The translations under genes and the position numbers were made by a program. Shown here piece after piece: positions 27,505 to 37,084 of a DNA stretch of 64,000 bases (positions are counted from its first letter, which is position 1; each line of letters starts with the position of its first letter). This DNA is from an uncultured Actinomycetes bacterium (lineage in GTDB: Bacteria > Actinomycetota > Acidimicrobiia > IMCC26256 > PALSA-555). The stretch spans positions 755,933 through 819,932 of the forward strand of contig OY970233.1 of assembly GCA_963714105.1 (NCBI GenBank), given 5' to 3'. The notes below the pieces were generated by a model. That model did not search any database and was not told the DNA's origin. It saw nothing but the letters and a program-made list of their open reading frames with translations.

Positions 27505-27524
27505 CACCCCCGTTCATGGGGGTG
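27505..27524 (+). terminator. Hairpin CACCCCC-gttcat-GGGGGTG, 22 nt after the sufU stop
   Basis: A 7-bp perfect stem read directly. It lies at the end of the egt-suf co-directional gene string. There is no U-tract, which is common in high-GC actinobacteria. Confidence 0.4.
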
Positions 27525-27585
27525 TCACGGGCATGAAACATGGGGACGCTAGGTTGCATCCTGTAACCACCCGGAGGGAGGCCAG

Positions 27586-27753
27586 ATGCCTGACCACGAG
27601 CTCACCGCCCAGCTCACGAGCCTCATCGACGAGGCCCTCGAGAGCTACCGGGGCCGGGATCTGGTCGCGGCCTCCGAGGTGACCGACCTGCTGCTGGACC
27701 TGCGGCTCATGCTGCTCGCCGCCGCGGAGGCGGAGCCGACCCCCTCGGGCTGA
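27586..27753 (+). CDS. Candidate small protein (55 aa) MPDHELTAQLTSLIDEALESYRGRDLVAASEVTDLLLDLRLMLLAAAEAEPTPSG
   Basis: This ORF is below the ORF-track cut-off and was hand-translated. It has a GGAGGGAGG SD 5 nt upstream of the ATG, nearly all codons end in G/C, and the length is 168 nt with no internal stop. Confidence 0.5.
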   Translation: MPDHELTAQLTSLIDEALESYRGRDLVAASEVTDLLLDLRLMLLAAAEAEPTPSG

Positions 27754-27806
27754 ACCCACCCGGCCAGGAGGCTGGCACCCCCTCCGGCTTTGTAGGCTGA
27801 CCCCCG

Positions 27807-28982
27807 ATGGCGGAGCCGCACGACCCCGGCGACTTGGACCCCGCAGACGACGTCCCGACGCGGGGCGACCCGGGCTGGGTCCGACCGTCGCAACGACGCG
27901 CCCAGCGGAGCCCCGCCCCCGAGACACCCCCCACCCCGCCGGCCGACGAGACCCGAGCCGCGGGCGATGAACCCGACGCGTCCGCGGCGGCCGCCCCCGC
28001 GCCGCGGCAGTCCCGCCGCCGGCCGCGCACCCCCGCCGCGGCACCGACGCGGGCACCCGACGCTGACACCACCGAGGTCGAACCCGACGGGCCCCTCGCG
28101 GCATCCGACGACGATCCGGACCCGGCCGACGCCGACGCCACCGTCGCCGCGGGCACCGCGGCCGCGGCTGCCTCCGCCGCCGAGACACGCGCCGCGCGCC
28201 GCGCGAGTCGATCGAAGCGCCGGACCCGGCGTCGCGCCGCGGCCGCGGCGGGCGCCTTGGTGATCGTCGTCGCGCTCGTCGCCGGTCTCGTGCTCACCTC
28301 GGGTGGCTCGACGACCGTCGCGGTCCGCAAGCGTCATCTCGTCGCGGTGACGACCACCACCGCCGCGCCGCACTCCACGACCGCGATCACCGCCACCAGC
28401 AAGGTGCTGGTCCTCCAGGCGTTCGATCAGCCGTCGGCGACCGGGAAGGTCGTCACCACGCTGTCCGCGAAGACCGACTACGGCCTCCCCCGCACGCTGC
28501 TCGTCACCGCGGTGCAGTCGGGGTGGCTCCAGGTGTTCCTCCCGATGAAGCCGAACGACACCCAGGGCTGGATCCGGCAGACGGATGTGACCACGAGCAC
28601 CACCGACTACGCGTTGACGGTGAAGCTCAGCGAGCATCACCTGTGGCTGACGAAGGCCGGTGCGCCGGTGCTCGACACCCCGGTCGTGATCGGCACCCCG
28701 AAGACCCCGACCCCCACCGGTGTCTTCTACGTCACCGACCCGGTGGACCTGCGGTCGCAGCCCAACGGGGCGTACGGCGCGTTCGCGCTGGGCTTGTCGG
28801 GCTACTCGAACGTGCTCCCGAGCTTCGACGGTGGCCCACCCCAGATCGCCGTGCACGGCACCCCGTATCCCGACCAGGTCGGTCAGGACCTGTCGAACGG
28901 GTGCGTGCGGATCCCGAGCCCGGTGATCGTGCAGATCGCCGGGGTGGTGCCGCTCGGCACGCCGGTGACGATCACCGCCTGA
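27807..28982 (+). CDS. L,D-transpeptidase (YkuD domain) with a disordered Pro/Ala/Asp-rich N-terminus and one TM helix
   Basis: Intact 391-aa ORF. The C-terminal catalytic motif is IAVHGTPYPDQVGQDLSNGCVRI (H...SxGCxR). The TM helix is ALVIVVALVAGLVLT. Confidence 0.85.
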   Translation: MAEPHDPGDLDPADDVPTRGDPGWVRPSQRRAQRSPAPETPPTPPADETRAAGDEPDASAAAAPAPRQSRRRPRTPAAAPTRAPDADTTEVEPDGPLAASDDDPDPADADATVAAGTAAAAASAAETRAARRASRSKRRTRRRAAAAAGALVIVVALVAGLVLTSGGSTTVAVRKRHLVAVTTTTAAPHSTTAITATSKVLVLQAFDQPSATGKVVTTLSAKTDYGLPRTLLVTAVQSGWLQVFLPMKPNDTQGWIRQTDVTTSTTDYALTVKLSEHHLWLTKAGAPVLDTPVVIGTPKTPTPTGVFYVTDPVDLRSQPNGAYGAFALGLSGYSNVLPSFDGGPPQIAVHGTPYPDQVGQDLSNGCVRIPSPVIVQIAGVVPLGTPVTITA

Positions 28983-28988
28983 GCGCGA

Positions 28989-29837
28989 TCACCTCCGAAA
29001 CGGCGGGGCGCGATTCAGGTCGGTGTGAGGAAGGCTCGGGTCGAACGCGACGAGGCGTTCCGGGCACTCGAAGATGAGCCAGTGCGCGGCGTCGGGCACG
29101 ACGACCAGCTCCGCGTCGGGGATCTCCGCCGCGTAGGTCTCGGCGTGGGCCAGGGGGACGAGGCCGTCCTCGGCGCCGGCGACGACCAGCGTCGGGGCGG
29201 TGATGCGCCGCAGCCGGCCTCGCAGCTTCGGGTCGTGCAGGTACGGGTCCCACCCGAGACGGGCGGTCGCCCCGAGGGCCTTCCACATCGGGAGCACCAG
29301 CTCGATGGGGATCTCCACCTGCTTGCCGACGTCGCCGGTGAACTCCTCCATGGCGTGCATCGCCGCGGCGATCGGGTGCTGCTGGTCGACGAAGAGCATC
29401 TCGGCCAGCTCGGCCGGGGAGCGTCCGAACAGCTCGGCGATCGGCGCGTCGGGGAGGTAGAGACCGACCGGGTTCACGGCCACGAGCCGCTCGACCCGCT
29501 CGGGGTAACGGACCGCGAGCTCGAGGGCCATCCACGCCCCGAGCGACAGGCCGAGCACCGGGGCCGAGTCGAGGCCGAGCAGCTCCCAGAGGTCGAGGAG
29601 ATGGAAGACGGCGTCGTCCATGCCGTCGATGTCGTCGATGCCCTCCGATTCCCCGAACCCCGGGAAGATGGGGGCGATGACCTCGAAGTCCTCGGCGAGG
29701 TCCTCGAGCGCGGAGAGCCCGACCGCCTCGCCGCCCGCGGAGTGCAGGTACACGAGGGGCGCGCCGGCACCGCCGCGGAACACCTGGATCTTGCCGATCG
29801 GCGCGGCGAGGAACTCCTCGTGGAGGACCGCCATCAC
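28989..29837 (-). CDS. Alpha/beta-fold hydrolase (282 aa)
   Basis: Intact ORF with PLVYLHSAGG, the nucleophile elbow GLSLGAW and a C-terminal PDAAHW region. Confidence 0.85.
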   Translation of the reverse strand: MMAVLHEEFLAAPIGKIQVFRGGAGAPLVYLHSAGGEAVGLSALEDLAEDFEVIAPIFPGFGESEGIDDIDGMDDAVFHLLDLWELLGLDSAPVLGLSLGAWMALELAVRYPERVERLVAVNPVGLYLPDAPIAELFGRSPAELAEMLFVDQQHPIAAAMHAMEEFTGDVGKQVEIPIELVLPMWKALGATARLGWDPYLHDPKLRGRLRRITAPTLVVAGAEDGLVPLAHAETYAAEIPDAELVVVPDAAHWLIFECPERLVAFDPSLPHTDLNRAPPFRR

Positions 29838-31003
29838 GCGACCGCCGCGGTGGGGCGATGCACCGGCGCGCCGGCGGGGAACTCACGCTCGAGCGCCGGC
29901 TTGACCTCGCGGGCGAACAGCTCCAGGTTCCGGCGGGTCAGGTCGGCGGGGAGGCTGCCGAGCTGGAACAAGCCGAGCAGGTTCCCGGTCCCGAGCTGCC
30001 CGAGCGCGTCGACGAGCTGCTCGGTCACCGTCTCGGGTGACCCGACGATCGCGTACCGACCGGCGACGATCTCGTCCCAGTCGGTGACGTTCAGCATGAA
30101 CGTCCCTGCGCCCTTCAAGATGTTGGCGAGGGACCGCGCCGAGGTGTACCCGGGCGGCTGGATCGTGATCCCCGGCAGGAGCCGCTTCACGAAGTACCAG
30201 AGGTGCTCCTCGTACTCGCGGCGGGCCTGCGCGTCGGTCTCGGCGACGTAGATCGGGACCAGCCAGCCGGCCTGGAGCGGGTCGGCGTCGTAGCCCTCCG
30301 CGGCGCAGGCGTCTCGGAACATCTGGAACGTGCGGCGGAACACGTCGAGGTGGAAGTACGGGATGCCCATGTAGGCGTACCGGTGGCGGGCGACGAACTC
30401 CATCGTCTCGACCGAGCCGGCCCCCGGGATCCAGATCTCGGGATGAGGCTGCTGCACGGGGCGGGGCCACGGGTTCACGTACCGGATCCGGTAGTGCTTC
30501 CCGATCCACTCGAACGGCCCCGGGGTCGTCCACGCCTTGACGATGAGGTCGTGGGCCTCCTGGAACCGCTCCCGCGCGTACGCCGGGTTCACGGAGAACG
30601 AGTAGTACTCGGGGCCGCCACCGACGACCATCCCGGCGATGAGCCGACCGCCGCTGATGCAGTCGATCATCGCGAACTCCTCCGCGACGCGGGTCGGCGG
30701 GTCATAGAGCGGCAGCGCGTTGCCGACGACCGCGACCTTCATGCGGCTCGTCGCCCGGGCGACCGTCGCGGCCATCAGGTTCGGGGACGGCATCAGCCCG
30801 TAGGCGTTCTGGTGGTGCTCGTTGACGCACACCCCGTCGAAGCCCAGCTCCTCGGCGTAGATCAGCTCGTCGAGGTACCGGTTGTAGAGCGCCCCGCCGT
30901 GCTCCGGGTCGAACAGCGAGTTCGGGCAGGTCACCCACGCGGGGCCGTCGTAGCCCGGGTCGAGCCCGATGTAGGGCATGAGATGGAACGAGAAGAACCG
31001 CAA
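29834..31003 (-). CDS. LLM-class (luciferase-like) flavin-dependent oxidoreductase (389 aa)
   Basis: Intact ORF with FDGVCVNEHHQNAYGLMPSP. It overlaps the downstream hydrolase start by 4 nt. Confidence 0.9.
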   Translation of the reverse strand: MRFFSFHLMPYIGLDPGYDGPAWVTCPNSLFDPEHGGALYNRYLDELIYAEELGFDGVCVNEHHQNAYGLMPSPNLMAATVARATSRMKVAVVGNALPLYDPPTRVAEEFAMIDCISGGRLIAGMVVGGGPEYYSFSVNPAYARERFQEAHDLIVKAWTTPGPFEWIGKHYRIRYVNPWPRPVQQPHPEIWIPGAGSVETMEFVARHRYAYMGIPYFHLDVFRRTFQMFRDACAAEGYDADPLQAGWLVPIYVAETDAQARREYEEHLWYFVKRLLPGITIQPPGYTSARSLANILKGAGTFMLNVTDWDEIVAGRYAIVGSPETVTEQLVDALGQLGTGNLLGLFQLGSLPADLTRRNLELFAREVKPALEREFPAGAPVHRPTAAVA

Positions 31004-31092
31004 CGGGCACCCCCCTCTCGGGCCCTGACCCTAATGGGTGCGGATCAGTCGGCCGTCGGGCAGCGGCGCGGGTCCGGGGCCCCGCCGGTACG

Positions 31093-31281
31093 ATGCCGCC
31101 CGACGTGCTGCGCCGTGTGCTGCCGCTCCGGGTCGTGGTGAGCTTGGCGGCTGCGTTCGCGCTGATCGGCGCGATCGTCGTCGCCGGGATCTTGCTCCGT
31201 CACCGCCACCCGGGCCGTCCACGCGTGACGACCGCGACGACCGCGGTCGCGACGACACGGAAGGGGACTGCGAACCCATGA
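31093..31281 (+). CDS. Candidate small single-pass membrane protein (62 aa)
   Basis: The ORF-track entry has a clear TM helix (VVVSLAAAFALIGAIVVAGILL) and high GC3. Its TGA overlaps the ATG of the next gene (ATGA). Confidence 0.4.
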   Translation: MPPDVLRRVLPLRVVVSLAAAFALIGAIVVAGILLRHRHPGRPRVTTATTAVATTRKGTANP

Positions 31282-32111
31282 GCACCGCGACGTTGGTGAC
31301 CGGCCGTGCGTTCCTCGAAGGCCCCCGTTGGCACGACGGGGCCCTGTGGGTGTCGGACATGCACGCCCAGGAGGTGCTGCGGGTCACCCTCGACGGCGAG
31401 GTGAGCGTCGTCGCGACGGTGGCGGGTGACCCGTCCGGTCTCGGGTTCCTGCCCGACGGGACGCTGCTGGTCGTCTCGATGCGGGACCGTCGGCTCCTCC
31501 GGGTCGACGCCGACGGGTTGACGGAGGTCGCGGACTGCTCGGCGGTCGCGCCATACGAGATCAACGACATGGTCGTCGACCCGGTCGGGCACGCCTTCAT
31601 CAGCCAGTTCGGGTTCGACTTCCACGGCGGCGCCCCGTACCGGCGGGCGCCGCTGCTGCGGGTCGATCCCGACGGCTCCGTCCACACGGCCTCGGAAGGG
31701 CTCCGGATGGCCAACGGGCTGGTCACGACCCGGGACGGACGGACCCTCATCGTCGCCGAGAGCACGGGGAAGGACCTGGTGGCCTTCGACCTCGCCGAGG
31801 ACGGCGAGCTGTCGAACCCGAGGGTCTGGGCCGAGCTGCCCGACTATCCCGACGGGATCTGCATCGACGCCGAGGACGGCGTCTGGATCGCCTCACCGGT
31901 CGCGGACCGGTGCGTCCGGGTCGTCGAGGGCGGCAACATCACCGAACTGGTCGACTTCCCCGGACGGCACACCATCGCCTGCGCGCTCGGCGGCGACGAC
32001 GGGCGCACCCTGTTCGTGTGCACCTCGTCCACGCACGGGGAACCCGACCCGTCACGCGCCGAACGCGACGCCCGCATCGAGACGGTCACGGTCGGGGTGC
32101 CCGCTCGCTGA
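31278..32111 (+). CDS. SMP-30/gluconolactonase/LRE-like beta-propeller protein
   Basis: ORF 31038..32111 trimmed to the ATG at 31278 (MSTATLVTGRAFLEGPRWHDGALWVSD). It also has ANGLVTTRDGRTLIVAES and PDGICIDAEDGVW. Confidence 0.85.
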   Translation: MSTATLVTGRAFLEGPRWHDGALWVSDMHAQEVLRVTLDGEVSVVATVAGDPSGLGFLPDGTLLVVSMRDRRLLRVDADGLTEVADCSAVAPYEINDMVVDPVGHAFISQFGFDFHGGAPYRRAPLLRVDPDGSVHTASEGLRMANGLVTTRDGRTLIVAESTGKDLVAFDLAEDGELSNPRVWAELPDYPDGICIDAEDGVWIASPVADRCVRVVEGGNITELVDFPGRHTIACALGGDDGRTLFVCTSSTHGEPDPSRAERDARIETVTVGVPAR

Positions 32112-32116
32112 CCCGG

Positions 32117-32326
32117 TCACGGTGCTGGCAGCTCGGAACCACTCAAGATCCCCTGCAGCCAGGTTTGGACCTCGGTTCCCACATCGACAGCGTCGGTGTG
32201 CACCGACGTCCGCTCCATCCCGATCGAGACGTCGGAGGTCATGCTGAGCTGCGCGCGGAGCGGCTCCGATGATCCGTCCTCGACCCAGGCCCGGATGATC
32301 AATAGGCCAGTGCGCTCTGTGGGCAT
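32117..32326 (-). CDS. Small hypothetical protein (69 aa)
   Basis: The ORF-track entry MPTERTGLLIIRAWVEDGSSEPLRAQLSMTSDV... has protein-like composition. It lies at the edge of a lower-GC islet. No family recognised. Confidence 0.5.
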   Translation of the reverse strand: MPTERTGLLIIRAWVEDGSSEPLRAQLSMTSDVSIGMERTSVHTDAVDVGTEVQTWLQGILSGSELPAP

Positions 32327-32749
32327 ATCTGCACTCTAGAGAAGGCACCATGACGGGGCCGTTACCGCGATCCGAGGCTCGGACGAGTGCCTGGATACCG
32401 GAGTGGGTTCGGTCCCGAGCTCACGGTGGAGCTGGCGCTCGTCGCGCTCAGAGACCTCAAAGCTTCGAACTCGTCGCCATCGGCGACGCGGGCGCCAATG
32501 AGGGCTACCTGGCCGCGCGTCGACAAGGCACCATGTTGACGACGGCGAGCGCAGCGTTGACCGCCTCACCGGGCCGTCCTTCCTCCGTGAGGCGACCCGA
32601 GGGTGCTTCGAAGCCAGGCGGCGTCCGGTCACGTCAACCGCGCGTCCGATCGACCCACGTGAATCCGTAACCGCGGACCACACCCCCAGGGGGAAGGGGC
32701 CGTGGCCTCGTCACGGCTCAGCGCGTGACGTGAGCCTGGCGCCGAGGCG

Positions 32750-33481
32750 CTAGGTCTGGAGGTCGACGATGAGCTCGCAGAGCCGGGGGGTCGGCTCGAG
32801 GCCGAGTTCGGCTTGAAGCAGCGCCCGATACCGCTCGAACTCGCCCAGGGCCTCGCATTGGTTGCCCTCAGCCAGATGCACGCGTATCAACGCCGCTCGG
32901 GACGATTCTCGCAGCGGCTCGGCTCGCACCGCGGCGAGCGCGGCGCCGCTCGCTTCGCCGAAACGCCCTGCTTCCAGCAGCCGAGCGGCGAGCGCTTCGA
33001 GCGAGTGGAGGCGAAGCTGGCGCCATTCCTCGGCCTCCACGAGTACCCAGTCGTCGTACCAGTCGGGCAGGACGTCGACGGACTGCGCCGCCACCGCGTC
33101 CGAGGTGAGCTCGGAAGCATCCAAGACCACGCGGGGGTCGAGCAGCCGGTGTGCGAGTGCTCGGGACTGGCGGATGTCGATCGCGACGCGATCGTGCAAA
33201 CACAGATCCAGGGGGGTGACGAGAACTGCGTCCCGAGCCACGCGGCTCAGCCGGCCGAGGGAGGAACGCAGGCTCGAGAAGGCGTGTTCTTCCGACGAGT
33301 CCGGCCACAGCGTGCCGGCGACGCTGGCCCGGGTGAGGGCTCGGTCGCGGAGGCCCAGCAACGCGAGCAGGCGCTGCGAACCACCGCAGACGGCAGGCAG
33401 GCAGTTGCCCTGCACTGAGAACCGGAACGTTCCGAGAACCCGAACCTCAAGACCAGTTGTGACCGACGTGTTGGCCCTCAC
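32750..33481 (-). CDS. SARP/AfsR-type transcriptional regulator (OmpR-like winged helix plus BTAD domain)
   Basis: Intact 243-aa ORF. It has LEVRVLGTFRF, the LPDWYDDWVLVEAEEWRQLRLH BTAD core and LIRVHLAEGNQCEALGEFERYRALLQAELGLEPTPRL. Confidence 0.85.
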   Translation of the reverse strand: MRANTSVTTGLEVRVLGTFRFSVQGNCLPAVCGGSQRLLALLGLRDRALTRASVAGTLWPDSSEEHAFSSLRSSLGRLSRVARDAVLVTPLDLCLHDRVAIDIRQSRALAHRLLDPRVVLDASELTSDAVAAQSVDVLPDWYDDWVLVEAEEWRQLRLHSLEALAARLLEAGRFGEASGAALAAVRAEPLRESSRAALIRVHLAEGNQCEALGEFERYRALLQAELGLEPTPRLCELIVDLQT

Positions 33482-33695
33482 TCGGTTGCCTCTTGCCCGC
33501 AGCGCAACCCACCCTCGACCACTCCAAGGGTCCGGTCACCCAGCCGTCGAGGCCTTCCCAGCCGTTCCCGAGCGCTCCCGCAGGTTACCACTCTCCGTCA
33601 CAGCGCGGTCACGCTCCGGTGCCTGGCAGGTCACACCGCACGGACGAGGGTGTGGCCAATGTGCAATTCGGGAATCGGTTGAGAGAGGTGGCGTG

Positions 33696-34718
33696 ATGCG
33701 TTCATCGCATCGCTCGCTTACGGCGAGAGACGAGTTCGATCCGGGGGCGGCGGAGATGAAGCGATCGCGGCTCGCCGCGGCGGCGTCGGTGGCGCTTCGG
33801 TGCAAGCTGCCGCTCGTCGGTGGGGCACTCGTGGGCGTGACCGTCCTCGCGTTCGGGGGCACCGCGTTGGCGGTGCCGACGCCAGTCGGTCTCGGAACCG
33901 CGACCAACGACGCGGTCGTCGCCAGCGCGGCCCCGACCAACACGGGCGTATCGACGATCAATGGAGACGTGGCGTCGTCCCCCATCGCTACACAGCCCGG
34001 ATTTGCCCCGTGCCCCGGTGCCAACTGCGTCGTCTACACGCCCCCGTCAACACAACACATCAACGACGGGCCCGCGGCGGGCGCCGTAGCCGCCGCGCAC
34101 GCCGCGCTCATCACGACCCAGGGCGCAACGCCGTCACTGGCCATCCTCCCGCAACTCGGCGGGACGACGCTACCGGCCGGTGTGTACAACACGGGCGCGG
34201 CGAACATCACCGGGACGTTCACGCTCGACGCGGCCAACGACCCGAGCTCGACGTGGATCTTCCAGGCTGCGTCGAGCATCACGACCGCCACCAACAGCAA
34301 CGTGGTGTTCGTCAACGTTCCTGGGAGCACGACGGCGGCTGCGCTCGCCTGCAACGTCTTTTGGACCGCGGGGAGCGATGTGACGCTGAACGGCACCACG
34401 TTCGTGGGCACCGTCATGGCGACCGCCGGCATCCATGTGGGTGACGGGGTGACCATTCAAGGACGACTGCTCGCCGGGACCGACGTGACCTTGATCCACG
34501 ACACCATCGACAAGGGGAACTGCACCGTTCTCGCGGCTGGTTCCGGTGGAAGCCCGGCGAGCACGGGAGGCGGCACCGGTGGAGGCACCGCCGGTACCGG
34601 CGGTGGCACGACCGGCACTGTTGGCGGCTTCGGCACCGGTCACGGCTTCGGGACCGCGGTCTCGGTTCCCCTCGCACCGGCGACCCCGGTCGTGGCTACC
34701 CCCCAAACCGCCGGCTGA
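33696..34718 (+). CDS. Secreted DUF3494 (ice-binding-like) beta-solenoid protein with a Gly/Thr-rich C-terminus
   Basis: ORF 32862..34718 trimmed to the ATG at 33696 (GAGAGGTGG SD). The alternative ATG at 33756 gives MKRSRLAAAASVAL as a signal peptide. It carries LGGTTLPAGVYN, FTLDAANDPSSTWIFQAASSITTATNSNV, ACNVFWTAGSDVTL and IQGRLLAGTDVTL. Confidence 0.8.
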   Translation: MRSSHRSLTARDEFDPGAAEMKRSRLAAAASVALRCKLPLVGGALVGVTVLAFGGTALAVPTPVGLGTATNDAVVASAAPTNTGVSTINGDVASSPIATQPGFAPCPGANCVVYTPPSTQHINDGPAAGAVAAAHAALITTQGATPSLAILPQLGGTTLPAGVYNTGAANITGTFTLDAANDPSSTWIFQAASSITTATNSNVVFVNVPGSTTAAALACNVFWTAGSDVTLNGTTFVGTVMATAGIHVGDGVTIQGRLLAGTDVTLIHDTIDKGNCTVLAAGSGGSPASTGGGTGGGTAGTGGGTTGTVGGFGTGHGFGTAVSVPLAPATPVVATPQTAG

Positions 34719-34762
34719 TCGCACCGGCTTCACTGCAGCGCCCGGGCGCGGAGCCGAGAGGT

Positions 34763-35560
34763 TCAGAATCCGGGATCGGCGAACGGATCCGACACCTCGG
34801 GTGCGGTGATCGCGAGCTCGTCGACGCCGAGCTCGGCCGCGACGCCCTCGTACCCGATTGCTTCGAGCCGGTCGGCGAGCTCGGCACCGCCGCTGGTGAC
34901 GACCCGGCCGGCCATCAGCACGTGCACGCGGTCGGGGCGCAGCTCGCGGAGCAGCCGCGCGTAGTGGGTGATGGCCAGCACGCCGACGTGCGCGTCGCGG
35001 GTCAACGCGACCACCCGTTGGGCGAGCTGACGGAGCGCGTCGACGTCGAGCCCGGAGTCGAGCTCGTCGAGGAGCGCGATCCGTGGGGCGAGCACCGCGA
35101 GCTGGAGCGTCTCGAGGCGCTTCTGCTCCCCGCCCGAGAACTCGTCGTTGACCCCGCGGGTGAGGAACGCGTCGGCGACGGTCAACCGCTTGGCTTCTCG
35201 GCTCACCGCGCCGTCCACCGTGGCCGGGTCACCGCCGCGGGCGTCCACCGCGGCGCTGAGCAGCGCCCCGACGGTCACGCCGGGCACCGCGACCGGGTAC
35301 TGCATGGCGAGGAACAGGCCCAGCTCGGCTCGCCGCCAGGTGGGGAGCTCGAGCAGGTCGGTGCCGTCGAGGGTCACCGAACCGCCGGTGACCTCATAGT
35401 CGGGGTGACCCATCAGGACGTGGGAGAGCGTCGACTTGCCCGACCCGTTGGGGCCCATCAGTGCGTGGACCTCACCGGAGGCGACCTCGAGGTCGACGCC
35501 GCGCAGCACCTCGACCCGGTGCACCGAGGCCCGCAGGTCCGAGATGACCAGCCGGCTCAT
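34763..35560 (-). CDS. sufC: SufC-like ABC ATPase (divergent second copy)
   Basis: Intact 265-aa ORF with GPNGSGKST, NDEFSGGEQKRLETLQL, LDELDSGLDVDAL and ITHYARLL. I estimate only about 45% identity to the copy at 24962. Confidence 0.85.
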   Translation of the reverse strand: MSRLVISDLRASVHRVEVLRGVDLEVASGEVHALMGPNGSGKSTLSHVLMGHPDYEVTGGSVTLDGTDLLELPTWRRAELGLFLAMQYPVAVPGVTVGALLSAAVDARGGDPATVDGAVSREAKRLTVADAFLTRGVNDEFSGGEQKRLETLQLAVLAPRIALLDELDSGLDVDALRQLAQRVVALTRDAHVGVLAITHYARLLRELRPDRVHVLMAGRVVTSGGAELADRLEAIGYEGVAAELGVDELAITAPEVSDPFADPGF

Positions 35561-35892
35561 GCCATCTCCACGTACACGTCGGCGCCGTCGACGCGGACCC
35601 GGTAGACGGGGACCGGCTTCGTCGCGGGGAGGCTGAGCGGCTCACCGGTCTCGAGCGAGAAGGTCGAGCCGTGCTTCGGGCACTCGATCTCGCGCTCGTC
35701 GACCCACACGTCGCCTTCCGAGAGGGAGTAGTCGGCGTGTGAGCAGCGGTCCCCGACGACGTACCAGTCGTCGGGGTCGCCGGCCTCCTTGGCCGGGAGT
35801 CGGACCACCGCGAGGCGCAGCCCGTCGACGTCGACGCGACGGGACGACCCGGGGGTGACGTCGTCGACCGCGCAGACGCGCACCTCAGCCAT
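35557..35892 (-). CDS. Rieske [2Fe-2S] ferredoxin-like protein (111 aa)
   Basis: ORF 35557..36534 trimmed to the ATG at 35892. It has the CSHADYSL ... CPKHGSTF Rieske ligand motifs. It overlaps the sufD stop and the sufC start. Confidence 0.85.
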   Translation of the reverse strand: MAEVRVCAVDDVTPGSSRRVDVDGLRLAVVRLPAKEAGDPDDWYVVGDRCSHADYSLSEGDVWVDEREIECPKHGSTFSLETGEPLSLPATKPVPVYRVRVDGADVYVEMA

Positions 35893-36964
35893 GGAGCCGA
35901 CCGACCTTCTCTTCGACGCTGCGACGCAACGACCGGGCGAGCGTCGGGACCGGAAGCCGGTCGAGGACGTCGTCGAAGAAGCCGAGGATGATGAGCCGCT
36001 CGGCCTGGTCGGGTGGGATCCCGCGCGTCTCGAGGTAGTAGCGCTGGTCCTCGTCGATCGGGCCGACCGCGCTCGCATGCGAGCAGCGCACGTCGTTGGC
36101 CTCGATCTCGAGGTTCGGGATCGATTCCGCGCCCGCGCCTTCGGTGAGGACGAGGTTGCGGTTGGTCTGGTTCGCGACCGAGCGTTGCGCGTCGGGCCGC
36201 AGGTGGACGAGCCCGGAGTAGACGGACCGGGCTTCGTCTTCGACCGCGCCTTTGAAGAGCAGGTCGCTTCGGGTGTGGGGAGCGGCGTGGTCCTGGAGGG
36301 TGCGGAAGTCGAGCATCTGGTCGCCGTCACCGAAGTACACGGCGAGGAGGTCGCTCTCCGCCGCGGTGCCGGTGAGGAGCGACTCGGTGCGCATGCGGGC
36401 GTAGTCGCCGCCGAGCGCGACGGCCGACGAGCGCAGCGACGCGTCCCGGCCGACGTGGGCTCGTTGCAGCCCGACCTGCCAAGTCGTCGCCGCGTGCTCC
36501 TGCACGGAGACGTACCGGACCCGGGCGGCGTCACCGACGATCAGCTCGATGACGATGTCGCACAGGTGGGGGGCGCCGTCGGCGGCGAACCGGTCGACGA
36601 CGGTGACCTCGGCGCCTTCCCCGACGACGACGAGGGTGTGGGGGAAGCTGGCGAGCCCGTCACCGCCGGAGCGGTGCTCGAAGAACAACGGCTCCTCCAC
36701 CACCACCCCGGCCGGCACCCGCACGTAGGCGCCCCCGACGACGAAGGCGTCGTGGAGGCGGGTGAACGCGTCCGGTGACGCGTCGGAGCAGTGGCCGAAC
36801 CAGTCGGCGGCTTCGGCGTCGTCGACGTCGAAGAGGTCTCCCACGACGACGCCCTTGGCCGTCAACCCGGCGTCGAGCGCCGGGAGGTCGAGGGAACGCT
36901 GGTGCGCGGCGCGGGGCTCGAACCGGTCGAGGTCGAACTCGTCGATGCGCGAGTAGCGCCACAC
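35885..36964 (-). CDS. sufD: Fe-S cluster assembly protein SufD. The N-terminus probably extends to 37085 through a frame change.
   Basis: The 359-aa ORF has typical SufD sequence (PNLEIEANDVRCSHASAVGPIDEDQRYYLETRGI). The same frame reads RARRVAAAEQLAGVTWPSSTEEVWRY upstream of its GTG with no start codon. A GTG at 37085 overlaps the sufB stop and encodes MPGFTPDTARALGGPDWLARA in another frame. Confidence 0.8.
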   Translation of the reverse strand: MWRYSRIDEFDLDRFEPRAAHQRSLDLPALDAGLTAKGVVVGDLFDVDDAEAADWFGHCSDASPDAFTRLHDAFVVGGAYVRVPAGVVVEEPLFFEHRSGGDGLASFPHTLVVVGEGAEVTVVDRFAADGAPHLCDIVIELIVGDAARVRYVSVQEHAATTWQVGLQRAHVGRDASLRSSAVALGGDYARMRTESLLTGTAAESDLLAVYFGDGDQMLDFRTLQDHAAPHTRSDLLFKGAVEDEARSVYSGLVHLRPDAQRSVANQTNRNLVLTEGAGAESIPNLEIEANDVRCSHASAVGPIDEDQRYYLETRGIPPDQAERLIILGFFDDVLDRLPVPTLARSLRRSVEEKVGRLHG

Positions 36965-37084
36965 CTCCTCGGTAGAGGACGGCCAGGTGACCCCGGCGAG
37001 CTGCTCTGCGGCCGCGACGCGACGCGCGCGCGAGCCAGTCGGGACCTCCGAGCGCCCGGGCGGTATCGGGCGTGAAGCCGGGCA

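Noticed and set aside
32327-32749. ORFs 32336..32683 (minus, 115 aa) and 32350..32670 (plus, 106 aa) as real genes.
   Set aside because: Both are Arg/Ser/Pro-rich with weak codon bias and fully overlap each other on opposite strands. Better-looking peptide fragments are scattered over different frames. I treat the region as non-coding or a decayed gene rather than calling a CDS.
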